51,062 nt of DNA from IMG/VR virus record IMGVR_UViG_3300017658_000232, positions 1-51,062 of that record; one strand, given 5' to 3'. The position numbers were made by a program, and so were the translations under genes. Positions within the stretch are counted from its first letter, which is position 1, and each line of letters starts with the position of its first letter. The stretch is from a virus (lineage: Duplodnaviria > Caudoviricetes). Shown here piece by piece: positions 7,532 through 17,723 of this stretch. A model generated the notes under the pieces. It made no database searches and was not told the origin of the DNA. It saw nothing but the letters and a program-made list of their open reading frames with translations.

Positions 7532-8545
7532 TTATTTTATGCGGATTTTTTGTTTAGGGAAGATTAAATCAATATCTTTGATGCTTGGATTCAACTTTTT
7601 AATAGCAGCAACCGTTGTTTTCGCGTCTTTGGCAATGCTTGTTACGGTTTCATTCTTTGCAACAACATGATATGCGGACTTAGCTGCAGACTTTTTGTTC
7701 TCTGCTGGATTGATCCAGCTGCCGGGCACGCCTTTTACTTTTGTTACGTTGATCATATCACCAGACTTATTGAATACATAATAAGAACCTTTTTTCACTT
7801 TACCTTTTTTGTTTCTCTTATTCTTAGCATCTGCTGCATTGACATAAGCGTTTACTGATTTTACTACTTTATATGTGCTCACTTTAGCTTTTTCGGCTGC
7901 TACTTCTGTTTTTGGTGCTTTTACAACCTTTTCTATAGAAACATCGCGATAAGCATAGTTCATATCTACATTTCCTTTTATCCCAGCAACTTTTCCAGAA
8001 TCCGTATATTGCCAAATATCATATTCGCCTCCATACGTACATTTAGCGCCCCATTGAGCTACCCATTTTTTATATTTATCTAGCTTGCTGCTTTTTAATT
8101 GGTTATTTAACCAGCTTAAACTTGCGTACAAACGCACTTCATAACCAGCGTCTTCCATGCTAGATAAAAAGGCTTCACAAATTTCTACTAATACTGCATT
8201 ACTTGGCATACCATGTTTTTTCTTATAGCCATCTGCATCCTCCATATCAAAAGCAATAGGATATGTTGGATTTTTGCCTTTCAGTAATCGTTTAGCATGT
8301 TCTACTTCGCTTTTTGCTTGTCCTACATTAAGAGCATAACTATATATATACGCGCCCCATTCAATTCCTACACGCTCTACTTCTCTTACATTTCGTTCAA
8401 ATTGATCATCATCCTGCGCTTTTATATCACTACCGATTCCCAGTCGCAGCATAGCAAATTTTACTCCGTCTGCTTTCACTTTATCCCACTCAATAAGCTT
8501 ATTATGTTCTGATACGTCAATTCCTTTAATTTCGATTTTTGCCAT
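7532..8545 (-). CDS. Endolysin: GH25 muramidase, SH3-like domain and LysM
   Basis: GIDVSEHN, FDMED, WVAQW, IWQYTDSG..VDMN motifs; C-terminal LysM YHVVAKNET...IFPKQKIRIK. Confidence 0.92.
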   Translation of the reverse strand: MAKIEIKGIDVSEHNKLIEWDKVKADGVKFAMLRLGIGSDIKAQDDDQFERNVREVERVGIEWGAYIYSYALNVGQAKSEVEHAKRLLKGKNPTYPIAFDMEDADGYKKKHGMPSNAVLVEICEAFLSSMEDAGYEVRLYASLSWLNNQLKSSKLDKYKKWVAQWGAKCTYGGEYDIWQYTDSGKVAGIKGNVDMNYAYRDVSIEKVVKAPKTEVAAEKAKVSTYKVVKSVNAYVNAADAKNKRNKKGKVKKGSYYVFNKSGDMINVTKVKGVPGSWINPAENKKSAAKSAYHVVAKNETVTSIAKDAKTTVAAIKKLNPSIKDIDLIFPKQKIRIK

Positions 8546-8610
8546 TTTAAACACTCTCCTAATAATTTTTATTTTTTTATATAGAAAAAGAGCACCTATT
8601 TAGGCACTCT

Positions 8611-8835
8611 TCACTTCGTTAAATTATTTGATTTTAAAACTTCTTTTTGTTTAAGGCCTTTTTTCGAAAGGTAGTTGTTCTTCCAAGCCACATATATAAA
8701 ATAAACACCAGAGCCAACGGCAATGATGTCATTTACTAAATCCTCTGGAATTGTTTGATATCCTAACATGTTTAAAACTGTATTGACTACAGCTACAATA
8801 AGTAATGTAAATCGTGTAACACTTGCTTTATCCAT
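8611..8835 (-). CDS. Holin, SPP1 family
   Basis: MDKASVTRF..LIVAVVN..L and WKNNYLSKKG motifs; upstream of the endolysin. Confidence 0.88.
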   Translation of the reverse strand: MDKASVTRFTLLIVAVVNTVLNMLGYQTIPEDLVNDIIAVGSGVYFIYVAWKNNYLSKKGLKQKEVLKSNNLTK

Positions 8836-8838
8836 GAT

Positions 8839-9207
8839 TTACCCTCCAAATATTTGTGATATTTTATCCCAAAAACTAATGACTGCTGTTAAAATTCCAA
8901 CAAATCCGCCACCGCCTAGTAAAGCTAATGTAATTTCCTTTTTGGAATTAATTTTCAACTTGGAAACTTCGCCCTTCGTCTCTTCTTGTTTTACTGATAT
9001 GCCTAAACTATGTTCAATTAATTTGTTAAGCAAATCCTTTTGATCACCGGCAGTTTTTAATACAACGTTTTGTAATTCTAATTGTCCCTTTTCCATGTTC
9101 CCTATCTTCTCAATTACTTCTCCATAGTTTTTTTCTAGGTCAGCAATCCTTTTTTCATGGTTATCTAACCTTTCAGGCACTGTTCCCGCCTCCATTTCTA
9201 CCGACAT
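8839..9207 (-). CDS. Holin-associated coiled-coil/TM protein (XhlA-like)
   Basis: RLDNHEKRIADLE coiled coil and C-terminal TM; position in the lysis module. Confidence 0.65.
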   Translation of the reverse strand: MSVEMEAGTVPERLDNHEKRIADLEKNYGEVIEKIGNMEKGQLELQNVVLKTAGDQKDLLNKLIEHSLGISVKQEETKGEVSKLKINSKKEITLALLGGGGFVGILTAVISFWDKISQIFGG

Positions 9208-9342
9208 TTTCCCATCCCCCTTTTCTCTCTATATACACGCTGGATCACCTCCTTAAAAGACATAAAAAAAGAGCCCTTGTTTGTGGAAGGACCCCTTTTT
9301 TGGATATTTAGTTGTTGCACAGTAAGTATTATCCTAAACTTC

Positions 9343-9573
9343 TCAATATAAATCCCTTATAACATTACGAATTTGTTCTTCTGTAATTTCATTAGTGTAT
9401 ACAATATTTGTAATTGTTTTACTTCCGCTAGGTTCTGCTTGTACATTAGCTGCTCTATACTTAGAATTAAAAGCCCCTTGAAACCTAATGTTCTCAAATT
9501 CATTATTAAAACTTACAGAGCAAACATTTCTATCATGATATTTAGAATAACCACGAAAAGTAATATCTGGCAT
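9343..9573 (-). CDS. Hypothetical protein (moron-like)
   Basis: RBS GAGGAGG before ATG 9573; lies between the tail and lysis modules. Confidence 0.6.
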   Translation of the reverse strand: MPDITFRGYSKYHDRNVCSVSFNNEFENIRFQGAFNSKYRAANVQAEPSGSKTITNIVYTNEITEEQIRNVIRDLY

Positions 9574-9648
9574 GAACGATTCCTCCTCTCTCAAAAACTT
9601 ATTTTTATCATAACAGAGAGAAGGGAAATATAACTATATAAAATACAC

Positions 9649-9831
9649 CTACTCATTAAGTGATGTATTTTCTTCTGCTTCTGCAGGTGCAGTTGGTTCA
9701 GGCGCCACTTCCTCCACTGGATCCTCAATACCAAGTTTTGCTTTCACCTCATCTAAAAATGCTGGTGGAACATTCTCGATTTTCATAAGACCTAAACGTA
9801 CTGCAGTCACTAACATGTTAAGCATTAGCAT
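9649..9831 (-). CDS. Small tail-associated protein (XkdX/CD1375-like)
   Basis: VRLGLMKIENVPPAFLDEVKAKL motif; position after the tail fibre. Confidence 0.6.
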   Translation of the reverse strand: MLMLNMLVTAVRLGLMKIENVPPAFLDEVKAKLGIEDPVEEVAPEPTAPAEAEENTSLNE

Positions 9832-10066
9832 TTCCTCCTTCTAATAGCGCGACTTTCATTTGTAAGTCTATATTTTGTTGCATAATTAAAGAAAGCACAG
9901 TTGCTGTTGCGTCCATGCTTTCCATTACAACCGTCATTAAATTTGCGATTACTTCTGTACTAGAGTTTTCTTTTAATGCTGCTACTTCTTTTTCAAACTG
10001 TTCTCTTGAAATGCCTAACTTTTTTAAAGTTTGCTCGGTTAATTCTTCTAAAATATCCGGTTGCAT
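9818..10066 (-). CDS. Hypothetical protein (tail-fibre chaperone-like)
   Basis: 82-aa helical ORF coupled to the fibre gene. Confidence 0.6.
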   Translation of the reverse strand: MQPDILEELTEQTLKKLGISREQFEKEVAALKENSSTEVIANLMTVVMESMDATATVLSLIMQQNIDLQMKVALLEGGNANA

Positions 10067-10067
10067 A

Positions 10068-12629
10068 TTACAGACCTCCTGCTTTTATTCTTTTTATTAC
10101 ATCGTAAAGAAGTAAGGTATTAATTGATGATTCTGTTTTTACATCCTCTAATTTTTTCACGGTATCATCCAGTGATGCCCGGATATTGTTCGCGAATGTT
10201 GCCAATACCGAAAGCGCATTTGTTGTGAATTGGTTACGGTCATATACAAGATAAGTTACTGCATACTCTGCTGTTGAATCGTAGTCTGATAACGATATTC
10301 GACATCTATCAAGTCCATAACTATAACCATCCTGCGTGCCTTGCTTTATCCATTTTCCGTCTAATTGGTTGTTTTTATAAACACCTATAATCTTAGAAAT
10401 CCTATTTTTCGTAAGAGATAACGGTAATGAAGTATGGCCTATCTCATAGCGCGTACCACTTATTAATTGAGGTGTCACCCTTTCTCTAACAATAACCCCG
10501 CTACCAACTTCAATTTGTGTTAAACCGTTTACAGAAATTGAGCCTTCCGTTTTTGCTTCAACAAGTTGCGGTGCTGCTAACACATAAGTAATTTTATAAG
10601 GAATATATCCTGGAGCTTTATTCGATGATACATAGGCTAAAGTTTGGGTTGGTGCATCTGTACCGTCTACAATAGATTTCCAAGCTGTCGGCTTCCCGTT
10701 AGCATCAGAAGTTTTTGCTTGCCATCCATAAAAGAATGCTTTTATTTCATCCGCCGTCGGTACTGCACTTTCTGTAAACCCTGTGTCTGTATCGGCTACC
10801 GACATTATTAAATTATAAGAATTATAGTGATATAAATCCCCTTTTGAAAAATCACCGGAAGAGTAAACGCCTTTTAACATATCTCCGTTGTATTTTGTCA
10901 ATACCGCATATGATGCCAAAAGTTTGTTGTTTAAGAAGTTACTCACTTGGAAGTTTTTAAATCCTTGTTTATCCTCTACTAACCATGATAAAGAACCGTC
11001 GATCACTATATCTTTTTCAATTGTTTTACGGACCATCATCTTTCCGTCATTATCGTACAGTAAATCTTTATACGTTCCCAGGGACCCTAATTTTGCTTCC
11101 GCAAATAGGTAGGAAGGGTTTCGTGGTACAAATGGCTTTATGGTATCACCTATATTCATATGCGGGTTACTAAACGAGAATTCGCCCGAAGCCGTATTTG
11201 TTTCTAACCTTATGCGCACTTTTGTTCTATTTCCTACATTGAATGTAAAAGGATTAACGGTAGGTGACGGCGTGAATATTAAAGACCCTCCTGTTTCCTC
11301 CATAATACGTAACCTATGGTTAGGATTTTCTCCAAAATCACATTGTATAGTGTAGTTTTGGTTTGGTATAACAGGTACAATTACATCATTATAAGACCCT
11401 GCAGCGCTTGTCATACTCATTGTTATTTTGTAAGGATTTACTAAAACAGCATATTGACTCAATATCCACTCACTAAAGGGTGGCAATAAGTTTTCTCCCT
11501 CCGCAATAACATAAGGGTTTTGTAAATGTTGAACAGCTTCAACTTGCGGATAACGGCGAATTACTTCATCCTCATTCCATGTAACAAGAATGTTGTCGTA
11601 ATGCTCTTTTGTTACTTCATACAACGGGATTTTCGGTGCTAATAAGGTTACACCTGGTTTTAATTCAATTATTAATTCAATGTAATCGGTGTTAATCGTT
11701 GATGCTGTTACGCCGTCCGATGCATCTGAACATGCGACGTAATGAGCAAATCCGCTAGGATCAATTGTTTCACTCAAAGCCGCTCCGCTATTAACTGTTC
11801 CCGTTAATTTCGTAACGGTATTATTCGTCGTTGAAACGCCTGGTGTATAAGATGAACTAGCAGCAGCGAATCTTGCTAAAATTGCTTTGTTTCCTGCTGG
11901 ACCACTTCCGAACCCATGCCAATTAATTGTTAATGAATTTATATTATCTTTGCACCATTGTATTTTTTCAGCCAATGTATTCCGTGGGATTTTACCTGAA
12001 TTACGCTCTATTTCTTCGATTATATTGAAAGAAAATTCTTGTTGTGCGGTATAACCATTGATAGAATTAGCATAACTTTTGGTCGTCCCATCTAATTTAC
12101 TCCCTTTTTCATAGTCGGATGTTATTAACTCACTCCCGAACGATGCAGGGAAAACCAAAGGAGCGCCTGCCGTTTGTCTGAATGTATGCGGATTTTCTAA
12201 TGTGCTCCCACTAACTTTATTTTCAAAGGTAGCTGTACGGGTAATTGCTTGTACCTTCGCATTTACGCCAGGAAACTTAGCAACCCCCTGTACCGAGAAA
12301 CTATCACTAAATTTTAGTTTCGTTTTCTTATCTGCAAGTACATAATATTTAGCAGCATCTAATTCCGTATTTTGCAATGGAATTAATGTGCGCCCTTCCA
12401 TCTGCAAAGAAACAGGCGCATCTACATCCCCGTTGATGACTTGTACACCGTGAGAAATGTTCACTGTCTGTCTATTGGCACCCTCTAGCTTCTGGTGAGC
12501 AAGCTCAATTCCATCTTCCATATGGTTCAAATTAGAAGCACTGACAGGTGTACCTTCTTCCAAAACTTCTTTCGTCACACTATCTACTATGCGATCTTTC
12601 CATACTTTTTTTGTATAATCTTTTGCCAT
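10068..12629 (-). CDS. Tail fibre / receptor-binding protein
   Basis: 853 aa, beta-rich; N-terminal YTKKVWKD..GTPVSASNLNHMEDGI baseplate-anchor motif; last large tail gene. Confidence 0.75.
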   Translation of the reverse strand: MAKDYTKKVWKDRIVDSVTKEVLEEGTPVSASNLNHMEDGIELAHQKLEGANRQTVNISHGVQVINGDVDAPVSLQMEGRTLIPLQNTELDAAKYYVLADKKTKLKFSDSFSVQGVAKFPGVNAKVQAITRTATFENKVSGSTLENPHTFRQTAGAPLVFPASFGSELITSDYEKGSKLDGTTKSYANSINGYTAQQEFSFNIIEEIERNSGKIPRNTLAEKIQWCKDNINSLTINWHGFGSGPAGNKAILARFAAASSSYTPGVSTTNNTVTKLTGTVNSGAALSETIDPSGFAHYVACSDASDGVTASTINTDYIELIIELKPGVTLLAPKIPLYEVTKEHYDNILVTWNEDEVIRRYPQVEAVQHLQNPYVIAEGENLLPPFSEWILSQYAVLVNPYKITMSMTSAAGSYNDVIVPVIPNQNYTIQCDFGENPNHRLRIMEETGGSLIFTPSPTVNPFTFNVGNRTKVRIRLETNTASGEFSFSNPHMNIGDTIKPFVPRNPSYLFAEAKLGSLGTYKDLLYDNDGKMMVRKTIEKDIVIDGSLSWLVEDKQGFKNFQVSNFLNNKLLASYAVLTKYNGDMLKGVYSSGDFSKGDLYHYNSYNLIMSVADTDTGFTESAVPTADEIKAFFYGWQAKTSDANGKPTAWKSIVDGTDAPTQTLAYVSSNKAPGYIPYKITYVLAAPQLVEAKTEGSISVNGLTQIEVGSGVIVRERVTPQLISGTRYEIGHTSLPLSLTKNRISKIIGVYKNNQLDGKWIKQGTQDGYSYGLDRCRISLSDYDSTAEYAVTYLVYDRNQFTTNALSVLATFANNIRASLDDTVKKLEDVKTESSINTLLLYDVIKRIKAGGL

Positions 12630-12643
12630 CTTTTCTCACTCCT

Positions 12644-12949
12644 TTATACTTTTTTCAAAGAATATCTAAAGGCTACTAAAATACCTTGAATATTTGTTTT
12701 TGTTACACTGTCTGGTGCATCATCAAAAACATCTCCATCTACATCAATTAACTGATATTTTGTAATGGCCCCAGCTATCGAATCATCTAAATAGAGATAA
12801 AAAATAATTTGATCTCCAGTTTCTTTTATGCGATAAATACCAATTGATTTCGTTACACCGCCGATCACATAACGTCCCTCTTTAACTAGGTTTTTAAAGA
12901 AATTTTTTGTTTTTGTATGTGCAGTAGTAGTTAACGCCATCCTGTTCAC
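12644..12949 (-). CDS. Hypothetical baseplate/tail protein
   Basis: 101-aa ORF in the tail operon. Confidence 0.65.
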   Translation of the reverse strand: MNRMALTTTAHTKTKNFFKNLVKEGRYVIGGVTKSIGIYRIKETGDQIIFYLYLDDSIAGAITKYQLIDVDGDVFDDAPDSVTKTNIQGILVAFRYSLKKV

Positions 12950-14382
12950 TCCTCTCCAGCATAAAATTGACCAGCTACTCGATAATTGCTTGCTGTTTTA
13001 TCATTTGAACTACTTGTTTCCATCGATGAATTAGCAGAAACAGTGGACTGTTGTACTTCTTCTTTGGATCCAACGATAAAATTCATTTGCAAGTCTTCTC
13101 TAGCTGCCATGTACTCCACAAACGACATATCTTTTGTCATACCGATTTCCATGCTTTGCAAATACTCTTTTTGAATAATCTCAAAAGCATCTTTACTGCC
13201 CACAAAGAATTGCCCTGTTCTGGACAACTCTTCCTGGATGGAAGTATAAAAATCATTTTCTATCGTTAAATCTGTGCTGGCATTAACCTGTAAAGGCTCC
13301 ATGATCTCGGTGCTACCTGTTCGGAATTTACCAATCATCAAATCGTTATTGGCCATCAAATACTCCACTTTAGAGTAATCTAGTGATGCCTGTTCTATTT
13401 GAAGAATAGAGCCGAATTCTTTTTGAAGGATTTCAACCTCTTCTTTGCTGCCTATAAAAAATTGTCCTGCTCTCATTAGTACTTCTTGAATAGAAATATA
13501 AGAATCATTTTCTATCGTTAAATCTGTACTGGCATTAACCTGTAAAGGCTCCATGATCTCGGTGCTACCTGTTCGGAATTTACCAATCATCAAATCATTA
13601 TTGGCCATCAAATACTCCACTTTAGAATAATCTAGTGGTGCCTGTTCTATTTGAAGAATGGAACTAAATTCCTTCTGAATGACTTCTGGAGCATCGTCAC
13701 TATTTAAGAAAAATCCATTTGCTACTTCGAAAGTAGAAATGCTTGTATCAATGGATTCTGTTTTCAGCTGCAATCCACTATCGATGATCCTTCCTAATGT
13801 AGATGGAGACGGCCATTCTCCGCATTGAAATACTCCAGACATTGGATGAATTTCTATATGCTTATCTACCTCAACAGCTTCTTGAATAATGCCATCGATT
13901 CTATTAAAAAACACACGCTCCAGGCGTGTGCTTTTTCTTTTTACAACATTGACCATCTTAAAAAGAGTGGCAATATCGCCTTCATTTTTTAAATATTCAT
14001 TGGCCACAATTTGAAAATGATACGGATCCCCGTCATATTGGAACCATTCTCGTACTTTTGCATTCGTAAAAAAAGGAGCAATAACATCCTCAACGGCTGC
14101 CACTGTTCCCTTGCTTTTGTGTATCGATTCCGCATTTTCAATAACGGTTCTTTTTTGTGCGATGCTCATATTCACATCATAAAAGTCGGCTGCTTCTTCA
14201 TAGGCAATGTAATCTAGCAAATGATCCGGCACCCCGCCAAACATTTGCACGGAATCTGTTAATTTATAAATCGTTTGAAAAACAGGAGTCAACGCATAAG
14301 CGAGTGCTGCTATGTTTTTGTCCTTTTTCAAGCTATCCGATAGCAAATCGCCAATTTCAAAATTATCCAGTGTCTTAATCAT
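12946..14382 (-). CDS. P2 gpI-like baseplate wedge protein with repetitive C-terminal extension
   Basis: LLDYIA, HKSKGTVAAVE, VREWFQYDGDPYHF, KRKSTRL motifs; follows gpJ. Confidence 0.85.
   Translation of the reverse strand: MIKTLDNFEIGDLLSDSLKKDKNIAALAYALTPVFQTIYKLTDSVQMFGGVPDHLLDYIAYEEAADFYDVNMSIAQKRTVIENAESIHKSKGTVAAVEDVIAPFFTNAKVREWFQYDGDPYHFQIVANEYLKNEGDIATLFKMVNVVKRKSTRLERVFFNRIDGIIQEAVEVDKHIEIHPMSGVFQCGEWPSPSTLGRIIDSGLQLKTESIDTSISTFEVANGFFLNSDDAPEVIQKEFSSILQIEQAPLDYSKVEYLMANNDLMIGKFRTGSTEIMEPLQVNASTDLTIENDSYISIQEVLMRAGQFFIGSKEEVEILQKEFGSILQIEQASLDYSKVEYLMANNDLMIGKFRTGSTEIMEPLQVNASTDLTIENDFYTSIQEELSRTGQFFVGSKDAFEIIQKEYLQSMEIGMTKDMSFVEYMAAREDLQMNFIVGSKEEVQQSTVSANSSMETSSSNDKTASNYRVAGQFYAGEE
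13180..13683. repeat. Intragenic tandem duplication, 252-bp (84-aa) unit
   Basis: 13251-13410 nearly identical to 13503-13662. Confidence 0.9.
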
Positions 14383-15493
14383 CGATTAGACCCCCGTAAT
14401 TGGCTTGTATTGCTTTACTTACGGCAACTTTGGTTTTACTAAGCACGACATATTGAGAAGGGCTACTGGCTGTTACACGTATTCCTCCAGCGTCCTTTAT
14501 CCTTGCGATTAACTCACTGGCATCAATTCCTCGGCCAAGCTTACTCTTTTGCCATAGGATGTAGTCGGAAACAGCTTGATTAACCTGGCTTTTAATAACC
14601 GTTTCTATACTGGCTTGAGAACGGGGAATAAAATAAGAAAACTCAATGTCATATTCCACTTGCTCTGGCAGCTCTACCGAAATATAGTCCGTTAATGGCC
14701 TTATCGTCCGACTATTTAATTTGTCAGAAATGGCACTAATCATTTCACTATCTGGCAGCTCTCCATTTTCCATGAGTGGAATAATCGTTATTCTCCCAGG
14801 TGCAGGAGAATCCACGGTAACATCTACAATTTCAGAACTAACTGACTTAGTATGATAAATATAAGCATCTTCTGGACCAGCTGTACTGTATTGAGAATTA
14901 GATTGACGGATCCTTTCGGCATAAGCGTCATCGTCCTCCCAATCCAATCCACCCTCTGATTTGGTAATATTGTATGCTTTTGTTACCCAAGGTAAATTAT
15001 CATTGTCTACAATATTCGTAATTTGACCAGGCAAATAGCCATTTCCACTTGTTCCTAATGTGGTACATGTCATAGGAATATCAATATATGTAAGATTTGT
15101 GGGCACAAGGAAATCTGCTGTACTCGCAAACTCTAATTCTCCTACTGACATTCGCACCCCGCTTGGAATCGTAAACTCTTGCATTGGATTGATCTCAAAA
15201 CGCACAACGGTTTCTGCAGCTTGTGGCTCCAGCCTAGCTGTATTCTTTTTAACCCCTAAATGATCCAAATAATTATCTACTGCATATGCCAACAGATTCA
15301 TTTTTCCTGTGTAATCGATGTTATTTCCAAGCATCGTGGCAAGATAAACAATAGATTGGATAAATTTACGGCGTGGATCTGTTTCATCTAAAACAGTTCC
15401 TGTCGCATCTTGAAACAAGTTAACCGCTATATTTTCCAATTCCTCGGCATCTACTTCAATAAAATCAATATCCGGAAGATTAAATCTAGCCAT
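14375..15493 (-). CDS. Baseplate J/gp47-family protein
   Basis: GNGYLPGQI, GG..EDDDAYAERI, STAGPEDAY motifs. Confidence 0.92.
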   Translation of the reverse strand: MARFNLPDIDFIEVDAEELENIAVNLFQDATGTVLDETDPRRKFIQSIVYLATMLGNNIDYTGKMNLLAYAVDNYLDHLGVKKNTARLEPQAAETVVRFEINPMQEFTIPSGVRMSVGELEFASTADFLVPTNLTYIDIPMTCTTLGTSGNGYLPGQITNIVDNDNLPWVTKAYNITKSEGGLDWEDDDAYAERIRQSNSQYSTAGPEDAYIYHTKSVSSEIVDVTVDSPAPGRITIIPLMENGELPDSEMISAISDKLNSRTIRPLTDYISVELPEQVEYDIEFSYFIPRSQASIETVIKSQVNQAVSDYILWQKSKLGRGIDASELIARIKDAGGIRVTASSPSQYVVLSKTKVAVSKAIQANYGGLIDD

Positions 15494-15800
15494 CGATAAA
15501 CACCAACTTTACAATCGGATATAAGATGCCTTCCAGAATCTTTGTTTCATCAAACGTCACTTCTTCCACTGAAATTTCTGGAAAATTACTTTCTAACAGT
15601 TCAATCACTTCTGCAGACATTTTGGTTTGGGCAGACTCACTTAAATCATCAACAGGTGGTTCCCAACCAAAATTCCTATCCATGCTGCAGGTGCCCTTCA
15701 TGGTAGCAAGAAGAAAGGAAGCATTTTGCAAAATAGCCTTTTTTCCTGTTGCTCCAAAATCGATGCTGCCAAGTGGCGATATTTGATACATGCTTATCAT
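15486..15800 (-). CDS. Baseplate wedge gpW/gp25-like protein
   Basis: ILQN..LL.T.KG...DRNFG motif; upstream of gpJ. Confidence 0.8.
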   Translation of the reverse strand: MISMYQISPLGSIDFGATGKKAILQNASFLLATMKGTCSMDRNFGWEPPVDDLSESAQTKMSAEVIELLESNFPEISVEEVTFDETKILEGILYPIVKLVFIDG

Positions 15801-16468
15801 CCTTTCTTCAAACTAGTATAGGGATCCTCTGCGCTGCAGTATTTTCCACCGCCGAGATCATACCATTTTACATCGGTTTTCTTTACGCCATACACCGTAA
15901 ACTTTTGGCCTTTTCGTAACACTTTTAGGATTTTCCCCTTTAAGCTTCTGCTCGCACGACAATTAAGCATGCCAACTTTTATGGTAATCGTGCCAAGCTT
16001 TTTCTTTTTGCTGGCAGCTGATTTCTTTTTCGCTTTTGGTTTTGGCTTCTTTTTTGATTGGATGGTAGCCGTTTTGGTATATTCCTTTAAACTAACGGTT
16101 ACTTCTCTTTCGTGAACCCTGCCTTTTCCATCGATCAAAGGATCCTTTTCTTGCAGACTAGCAATATACCAATAATTAGACGATATGGGCTTGCTGCCAA
16201 TGACAAAAATGCCCACTTTCCCATTATCACGAAATGAACGTAAAGTCTTTACAACCGCTTCTGGATCAGCTCCTAGCGAACGTTTCAATGTTAAAACATA
16301 CGAAACGCTTTCTTGTCCTGGTCCTAAAAATTCACTTATTGGCTTTCGATTCATTACATCATGTTCGCTCCAACGGGCATCCCCACTCCTGCTAAAATCA
16401 TTAAATGTAACAATCTTATTAGGCGAAACTTCAAATGTGACACCGCCAAAACTTCCTATCTTACCCAC
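15797..16468 (-). CDS. P2 GpU-like tail protein fused to a C-terminal SH3b-like domain
   Basis: IGSFGGVTF, RWSEH..KP.SEFLGP; Lys-rich linker, then LNCRAS..GKILKVLRKGQKFTV..WYDLG. Confidence 0.78.
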   Translation of the reverse strand: MGKIGSFGGVTFEVSPNKIVTFNDFSRSGDARWSEHDVMNRKPISEFLGPGQESVSYVLTLKRSLGADPEAVVKTLRSFRDNGKVGIFVIGSKPISSNYWYIASLQEKDPLIDGKGRVHEREVTVSLKEYTKTATIQSKKKPKPKAKKKSAASKKKKLGTITIKVGMLNCRASRSLKGKILKVLRKGQKFTVYGVKKTDVKWYDLGGGKYCSAEDPYTSLKKG

Positions 16469-16482
16469 GGTTTCACCGCCTT

Positions 16483-16689
16483 TTAAATTCCTCCTAAAAT
16501 ATATCCATTGCTGTTTCCAGATCTAAAAATACACAAAACATCTTGTCCGACTTTTGGGCACCAATTATCTCCACGGTCTAAAATTAACAGCTCGCCTGTT
16601 ATAGTGCCTAAATCCTCACGCAGCACTTTTGCTGTGTTATTTTCGGGATAAACAGCAGAAATAGTTCCTATTACTACATTTCTAGCCAT
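16483..16689 (-). CDS. Baseplate assembly gpV-like OB-fold protein (short)
   Basis: IGTISAV..AKV, W.PKVGQDVLCIF..GYILG; 68 aa. Confidence 0.75.
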   Translation of the reverse strand: MARNVVIGTISAVYPENNTAKVLREDLGTITGELLILDRGDNWCPKVGQDVLCIFRSGNSNGYILGGI

Positions 16690-17723
16690 TAATAACCCTC
16701 CAAACATTTACGAAAATCAATCGATGTTTCTGAACCAGAGCCTGTATTTCCGTTTAAAGAAGTGATGATATACTTGCCATCTAAGCTTCCAAATCCTTTT
16801 ATTTGGACTGTTTGCCCCGCATAAAGGTTAATTATCCCAGCAAAGGTAATAGAAATAGTGGTTGCTTCTTTATTCGCATCTCTTAATTTTTTCTTGGCCA
16901 ACCGTTTAGCTGCAGCTAAAGAAGTGACTTCCTCATTTACAAATAAAACTCGACCCGTGTTTGGCGGCTTTTTAGGCGAAAAAGTATATTTTAATGTTTG
17001 GGAAACTGTTTTGTTTTTCACTTTTTTCTTCACCGTATAAGCAACTGTACATGCTTTATACGTGCCGCTGCTAGAATCTTTATAGCTGTATCGCTTGACC
17101 AATTGATCGGTTCGATTAATCGTTTGAACAGTTGATTTACGTTCCAAATGCGCTTCATCGATCACACAAACCTTTTTATTCGCAATTTTTAAAGCGAATC
17201 CAGCTTCATTGCATAATCGGTACAAAAAAGCACCGTCTGACTCATACTCTTGGTCTAGACGGTCATAATCGGGATATTCACTACTCTGAAAGTAGGTTCC
17301 TAATCCATTTTTCTTAGCAATATCTTGTACCACTTTTTTAAAAGTAGTATTTTCCCAAGAACGCGACTTTTTTTCTCCTCGAAAAGAACTGCTTTCTGGG
17401 ACAGAAATAGCTTTTATAGATGCCTTATTAGGTGGGCCATCTCCGCTAATTTCATCAATTTCAAAATAACCTAGCTTTCGCTTTGTGGCGGAATTACTGC
17501 CCCATCCAGCTGAAATCAGAAGGGCAACCTCTAAAGAAGCCCCTTTCTTCGGCTTCCAGCTGCCCATCCATTTTCTTTCTTTGTCTGCTATATTGATAGT
17601 GACATCATCTGCAGTGCCCGTCATATTATCAGAAAAAGAAACACTTGTAATGAGTGGAGCAATGTCTGTCGATATGTCACTATTGTTATATTTCACATCA
17701 GTAGATATTTTTCGCACATCCAT
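16689..17723 (-). CDS. Late control gpD-like baseplate hub protein
   Basis: DQEYESDGAFLYRLC, GFGSLDGKYII motifs. Confidence 0.88.
   Translation of the reverse strand: MDVRKISTDVKYNNSDISTDIAPLITSVSFSDNMTGTADDVTINIADKERKWMGSWKPKKGASLEVALLISAGWGSNSATKRKLGYFEIDEISGDGPPNKASIKAISVPESSSFRGEKKSRSWENTTFKKVVQDIAKKNGLGTYFQSSEYPDYDRLDQEYESDGAFLYRLCNEAGFALKIANKKVCVIDEAHLERKSTVQTINRTDQLVKRYSYKDSSSGTYKACTVAYTVKKKVKNKTVSQTLKYTFSPKKPPNTGRVLFVNEEVTSLAAAKRLAKKKLRDANKEATTISITFAGIINLYAGQTVQIKGFGSLDGKYIITSLNGNTGSGSETSIDFRKCLEGY

Noticed and set aside
13180-13683. Possible DGR template/variable repeat pair
   Set aside because: In-frame tandem duplication within one gene, differences not confined to adenines, and no reverse transcriptase in the window
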